From a virus (taxonomy: Duplodnaviria > Caudoviricetes): a stretch of 64,000 nucleotides of DNA. The DNA is taken from positions 32,001 to 96,000 of IMG/VR virus record IMGVR_UViG_3300028048_000069; one strand, written 5' to 3'. This document shows, in pieces, positions 59,964 through 64,000 of this stretch; the stretch's first letter is position 1; each line of letters begins with the position of its first letter. The position numbers and the translations under genes are program-made. Under the pieces are notes generated by a model. The model was given only the letters and a program-made list of their open reading frames with translations, was not told the DNA's origin and did not search any database.

Positions 59964-60170
59964 ATGTTCGATAGCGATAAGTTTGAATATACTGAATATT
60001 GGCGCGATAAACATAATTATGAACAACTCTTTGTAAAGGTTCAAAGGAACTGGAATAAAGGTGTTATTTATCGTAAGCAAGTAAAAGAACTGCAAAGGTT
60101 ACAACATAAGTTGGTATATCATCATTATCCGACCTATCTAACATTACAAACAATAGGTGAATACAGATGA
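59964..60170 (+). CDS. Hypothetical protein
   Basis: AAGGAG RBS. Confidence 0.55.
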   Translation: MFDSDKFEYTEYWRDKHNYEQLFVKVQRNWNKGVIYRKQVKELQRLQHKLVYHHYPTYLTLQTIGEYR

Positions 60171-60275
60171 ACATATTACAAACAATCTATTTAATTTTAA
60201 TGGGTCTAGGAATATGGTATCTTATTCACCTATTAATAGAGTTCTATCAGATGTACACTTTATAGGGAGAGAATT

Positions 60276-60437
60276 ATGGCAGTTAAAATAGAAGATATGG
60301 ATATGCCGAAAACTTGTGCTGCTTGCGATTTGTCGTATGTAGATGCTGATACGAGCGAATTGATATGTTCTTATAATGATTGCCCTGCCTCATATACAGA
60401 CAGATTAAAATGTTGTCCATTACAGCCTATAGAGTAA
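60276..60437 (+). CDS. Small Cys-rich phage protein
   Basis: DMPKTCAAC...C...CPL pattern; GGGAG RBS. Confidence 0.55.
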   Translation: MAVKIEDMDMPKTCAACDLSYVDADTSELICSYNDCPASYTDRLKCCPLQPIE

Positions 60438-60452
60438 ATAAAAGGAGATTAT

Positions 60453-60722
60453 ATGAAAGAAGTAAAGTTTTATTATTTATGTTCTGAACGTGCACATGAA
60501 GAACATATTTGTATAAATAATCCGAAGTTTGATTATAGATATTTTAGACCTTTAGAAGGAATAGAAATATATACAAATATGGAAGAATTAAATAGAAATT
60601 TCCATAATTGGTGTATTAGAAATCATAAAGATACCGCTTATATTGGCGAAATAGTATTTAAACCAGGAAAGCATGTAGAATTAGTAACTAGCTATAAAGA
60701 TTATAAGGAGAAAGAAAAATGA
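60453..60722 (+). CDS. Hypothetical protein
   Basis: AAGGAG RBS. Confidence 0.6.
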   Translation: MKEVKFYYLCSERAHEEHICINNPKFDYRYFRPLEGIEIYTNMEELNRNFHNWCIRNHKDTAYIGEIVFKPGKHVELVTSYKDYKEKEK

Positions 60723-61075
60723 CATTAGGAGAACTAATTGATGCTTTAAAATCATTTCCAAAAGATTACTTAGTTGTTATTAAACCATATGATTTAATTC
60801 CTCATAGTTTTACTTCTTATCGTGGATATTATGAACAATTAGCATTAGAGTATGATGTCGAAGGACATTGTACAGTTGAAGATTTATTAAAGATTGCTAA
60901 AAAAGTCGTTGGAAAAGAACTTATGGGATATAAGGGCGGAAATTTTTTAATGACTAAAAATACACCAGTATGGATCTCAAACTATGGAAATACATCTAAT
61001 ATGTTATTAACCAAAGTAGAAAGTCCTTTTACAGGTTATGTATATCTTTATGGAGAATATAGGGAGATTGCTTAA
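60719..61075 (+). CDS. Conserved phage hypothetical protein
   Basis: MTLGELI..L...SYRGYY.QLA...GYKGG.F.M...TPVW. Confidence 0.7.
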   Translation: MTLGELIDALKSFPKDYLVVIKPYDLIPHSFTSYRGYYEQLALEYDVEGHCTVEDLLKIAKKVVGKELMGYKGGNFLMTKNTPVWISNYGNTSNMLLTKVESPFTGYVYLYGEYREIA

Positions 61076-61076
61076 T

Positions 61077-62441
61077 ATGGAACATTATTTAGATTATTTA
61101 TTAAGATTTGTAACTGAATTAAGAAGTACTAATTCTCGTATTTTAAAAGAAGAGATATTAGCTAAATGGTGGAAAGAGTATTTAGATATGTATGCTAAAA
61201 ATAATGATAATGAACCTTTAGCTTCATTGTTAAATTTATTCAGATATGTATATAATTATGATACTCAATACTATATTACTTCTGCTAATATTTTAAAGAA
61301 AGATTTAACTGAAAAAGGTTTATTTGCGGGTAAAAATTATCCTTTATTATGGGACTTATTAGATGATTTATCTAATAGAGTTATTACTGGTCATCAAGCA
61401 ATAATGGCGGTACAACAATTCTTAAAGGAATTACATAACGAAAAATGGGAACAACTTGTATTGGATATTATTGATAAAGATCTTAAATGTGGTTTATCTG
61501 AAGTAACTATTAACAAAGTATGCGGTAATGTTATTAAAACCTATGATTGCTGCTTGGCTCAAAAATTTGATGCTAAAAAGCATATTTTAACATCAGATTG
61601 GGTTATTGAAAGAAAATTGGATGGTGCTAGAGTTCAAATAATCAATAAAAATGGGCAAATTAGAGCATTTTCAAGGCAGGGTAAGGAATTTACTACCCTA
61701 GGCAAGGTAATTGATGAATTAAGCGGTAAAATGCCTAATAATACAGTATTTGATGGGGAAGTGTGCCTTGTAGATGAAAAAGGATTAGAAAGTTTTCAAG
61801 GCATTATGAAAGAAATAAAGCGCAAAGACCATACCATTGAAAACCCATTAGTATTATGCTTTGATATGCTTACATTAGAAGAATTTGAAAATAAAAAGGG
61901 AACTACCCACTATACTGCTCGTATGGAAAGGTTAAAAGAATGGTATAATTTACAGAAATGGAATACCCAAAACAAAGTAGCCAAACATTTATCTATTGTA
62001 AATTACGAATATTACAGTCCTAAAGTATTGGAAGAATGGAGTAAGAGAGTACAAAAATATGGTTGGGAAGGTTTAATGTTTCGTAAAGATGTAGGCTATG
62101 AAGGTAAAAGAACTAATAACCTTTTAAAGTTCAAATCCTTTTTAGATGCTGAATTTAGAGTGGAAGCAATAGAAGAAGGTGATGCTCAAGAACTTATTGA
62201 TGGTAAAATGGTTAAGATTAAATGTGTAGGTTCTTTAATTATTAACTATAAAGGCAGTAAGGTCGGAGTTGGTACTGGTTTATCATTGGCGCAAAGAAAG
62301 AGATGGTATGAGCATCCAGAAGAAATTATTGGAAAGCAAATTTGCGTAAAATTCTTTGAAGAAACTATAGACCAAAATGGTAATCCTTCATTAAGGTTTC
62401 CAGTATTAAAGTTTATATTTGACGAGGATAGAGATGTATGA
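61077..62441 (+). CDS. ATP-dependent DNA ligase
   Basis: ERKLDGAR adenylation motif, FSRQGK, FDGE, FD, EGLM, KFK, VGTG, SLRFP. Confidence 0.95.
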   Translation: MEHYLDYLLRFVTELRSTNSRILKEEILAKWWKEYLDMYAKNNDNEPLASLLNLFRYVYNYDTQYYITSANILKKDLTEKGLFAGKNYPLLWDLLDDLSNRVITGHQAIMAVQQFLKELHNEKWEQLVLDIIDKDLKCGLSEVTINKVCGNVIKTYDCCLAQKFDAKKHILTSDWVIERKLDGARVQIINKNGQIRAFSRQGKEFTTLGKVIDELSGKMPNNTVFDGEVCLVDEKGLESFQGIMKEIKRKDHTIENPLVLCFDMLTLEEFENKKGTTHYTARMERLKEWYNLQKWNTQNKVAKHLSIVNYEYYSPKVLEEWSKRVQKYGWEGLMFRKDVGYEGKRTNNLLKFKSFLDAEFRVEAIEEGDAQELIDGKMVKIKCVGSLIINYKGSKVGVGTGLSLAQRKRWYEHPEEIIGKQICVKFFEETIDQNGNPSLRFPVLKFIFDEDRDV

Positions 62442-62611
62442 TAGTGGAGTTTATTGAATCATTGGGTCCTAATAATGATGAAGTTAAAATAAAAGAAACA
62501 ATAGAAAATTATACTAAAAATGGTTATAAACTAAAGGAGTTCAAGTATATAGATTATTCAAGGGATAATGAATATTATACAAATAGGTTCATTTTAATCT
62601 TTGATAAATAA
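62438..62611 (+). CDS. Small hypothetical protein
   Basis: 57 aa, ATGA-coupled to ligase. Confidence 0.45.
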   Translation: MIVEFIESLGPNNDEVKIKETIENYTKNGYKLKEFKYIDYSRDNEYYTNRFILIFDK

Positions 62612-62630
62612 GTTTTAGTATAATATAAAT

Positions 62631-62828
62631 ATGCCAAATCTATCCGCCAATATTAGCATATTTATAAACAAATTAGTGTATAGGGAAGAAGGTAATCCGA
62701 TATGCTATACTGTATATAGGGAAAAGAGTATATGGTATAAAATATTTGATACCTTCTTTTTTTGGCAAAATCAGCATTGTAGAAAAGTATATTTGATGAA
62801 GAGGATTCATAATGCTAATAAACAATAA
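62631..62828 (+). CDS. Hypothetical protein (likely leaderless)
   Basis: ATG 6 nt after TATAAT of the 62615 motif. Confidence 0.55.
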   Translation: MPNLSANISIFINKLVYREEGNPICYTVYREKSIWYKIFDTFFFWQNQHCRKVYLMKRIHNANKQ

Positions 62829-63414
62829 AAATGTTTTCTTTTATGCAGACCCTCATTTCGGTCATAAAAATGTTATTAGATATTGCAACAGACCATTTAC
62901 TAGCGTAAGTGAGATGAATACCCAACTTATTAAAAATTTTAATAAGGTTGTAACAAATAGTGATGTTGTATATATTTTGGGTGATGTATCATTTTTGAAT
63001 ACCACTAGCACAACTGAGATAGTTAAATCTCTAAAGGGTTATAAGATTTTGGTTAAAGGAAACCATGATAACAAATCCAATACAGCATACCGCAAGATGG
63101 GGTTTATGGAAGTGTATGATAGACCTGTTATTTTCAATATACAATACATTCTTTCCCACGAGCCGATTATTGATGAACTGTACGAGAACTCTGGGTTTAT
63201 AAATATCTACGGACACATTCACAATAACGCGGTTAATAACAGCAATAATAAATTCTGCGTATCGGTTGAATCGATAGATTACAAACCTATTAGTTTTGAA
63301 GATATTAAAACAGAACTTAGAAAGCCGAAAGGGTTGGGTAGTCCGTACTATGTACCTAGATGTGATTTGTTTAGTTATACGGGGGAAATGGATGAAAATA
63401 GCAATTGTAGGTAG
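62812..63414 (+). CDS. Calcineurin-like phosphoesterase
   Basis: DPHFGH, LGD, GNHD, SHEP, GHIH. Confidence 0.9.
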   Translation: MLINNKNVFFYADPHFGHKNVIRYCNRPFTSVSEMNTQLIKNFNKVVTNSDVVYILGDVSFLNTTSTTEIVKSLKGYKILVKGNHDNKSNTAYRKMGFMEVYDRPVIFNIQYILSHEPIIDELYENSGFINIYGHIHNNAVNNSNNKFCVSVESIDYKPISFEDIKTELRKPKGLGSPYYVPRCDLFSYTGEMDENSNCR

Positions 63415-63952
63415 CCATGGAGTAGGTAAAACATCTTTAATGAATAAAATGGAAAGTGATATATATTTCTGCGATTATACATTTTATCCAGAGGCAGTAA
63501 GAGAAGTGAGTAGAGTTGGATTTCCTTATAATGAAGCAAGTACCGATTGTTCTCAACTCGCTATGTTAGCATTACATCTACTTCATGTGGAAAGAGATAC
63601 TGATATGGTAACAGATAGATTTATTGTAGATGGTTTAATTTACTCACAAATTTTACGATCAAAAGGCTCTGAAATAAGTAAAGATTGTATAGATATATTA
63701 AGAACTTATTGGGATAAATATAAAGATAAAATAGACCTATATGTATATTGTCCAGCAGAATGGGAAATTAAAAATGATAACTTTAGAATGACCGATACCT
63801 ATATGAGAGATATGATTTCTACATTGATGCTCGCGCAGTTATATATGGATATTCCAAAAGAAAAATTCTTAATTGTACATGGCGAAACAGACCAAAGGAA
63901 AGAGCAAGTTAAACAATATGTTAAATCGTTAAGAGGTGAACTAAATGTGTAA
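63392..63952 (+). CDS. P-loop nucleotide kinase-like ATPase (AAA_28/NadR type)
   Basis: IAIVGSHGVGKTS, DR..VD...Y, D.FR. Confidence 0.75.
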   Translation: MKIAIVGSHGVGKTSLMNKMESDIYFCDYTFYPEAVREVSRVGFPYNEASTDCSQLAMLALHLLHVERDTDMVTDRFIVDGLIYSQILRSKGSEISKDCIDILRTYWDKYKDKIDLYVYCPAEWEIKNDNFRMTDTYMRDMISTLMLAQLYMDIPKEKFLIVHGETDQRKEQVKQYVKSLRGELNV

Positions 63953-64000
63953 ACAATTACATCCCTCATTAGTTATAGATGATGTTATAGAGTTTTTACA

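Noticed and set aside
2667-63222. All minus-strand ORFs in the track
   Set aside because: Short, antisense to well-supported + strand genes (or, for 18233-18436, to the structured pdaD leader), with no recognisable motifs; treated as shadow ORFs.
1-64000. Stop-codon reassignment
   Set aside because: Code 11 gives dense, full-length genes; TAA, TAG and TGA all end genes at coupled junctions; no suppressor tRNA seen.

Overview
AT-rich 64-kb segment of a large tailed dsDNA phage (Caudoviricetes). Essentially every real gene is on the + strand, in genetic code 11. Order: (1) 1-15.5 kb head/packaging module (degenerate GroEL-like protein, ClpP-type protease, terminase large subunit, portal, neck-like protein), interrupted by anaerobic RNR nrdG/nrdD and followed by a T5 A1-like nuclease. 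(2) 16.4-21.1 kb tRNA island with 11 tRNAs, an ~840-nt ORF-free, heavily base-paired giant-RNA candidate (GOLLD/ROOL-like), further structured RNA candidates, a pyruvoyl arginine decarboxylase and a GT9 glycosyltransferase + PAP2 phosphatase pair. (3) 22-24.9 kb CofE-like ligase, GMP reductase and a nucleotide-modification-associated protein. (4) 24.9-52 kb self-contained replisome (SNF2 helicase and primase with inteins, DnaC, DnaB, DnaX/HolB/HolA clamp loader, SSB, family A polymerase, beta-clamp, RecA, ThyX), interleaved with nine DNA methyltransferases. Five of these end exactly in Leu-Phe and a sixth has LF near its end, resembling a clamp-binding motif. (5) 52-64 kb small accessory genes plus dUTPase, phosphatases, ATP-dependent ligase and a P-loop kinase. 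The strongest leads are possible clamp-tethered, replication-coupled methylation and the giant structured RNA. All family assignments come from motif recognition by eye; no searches were run.
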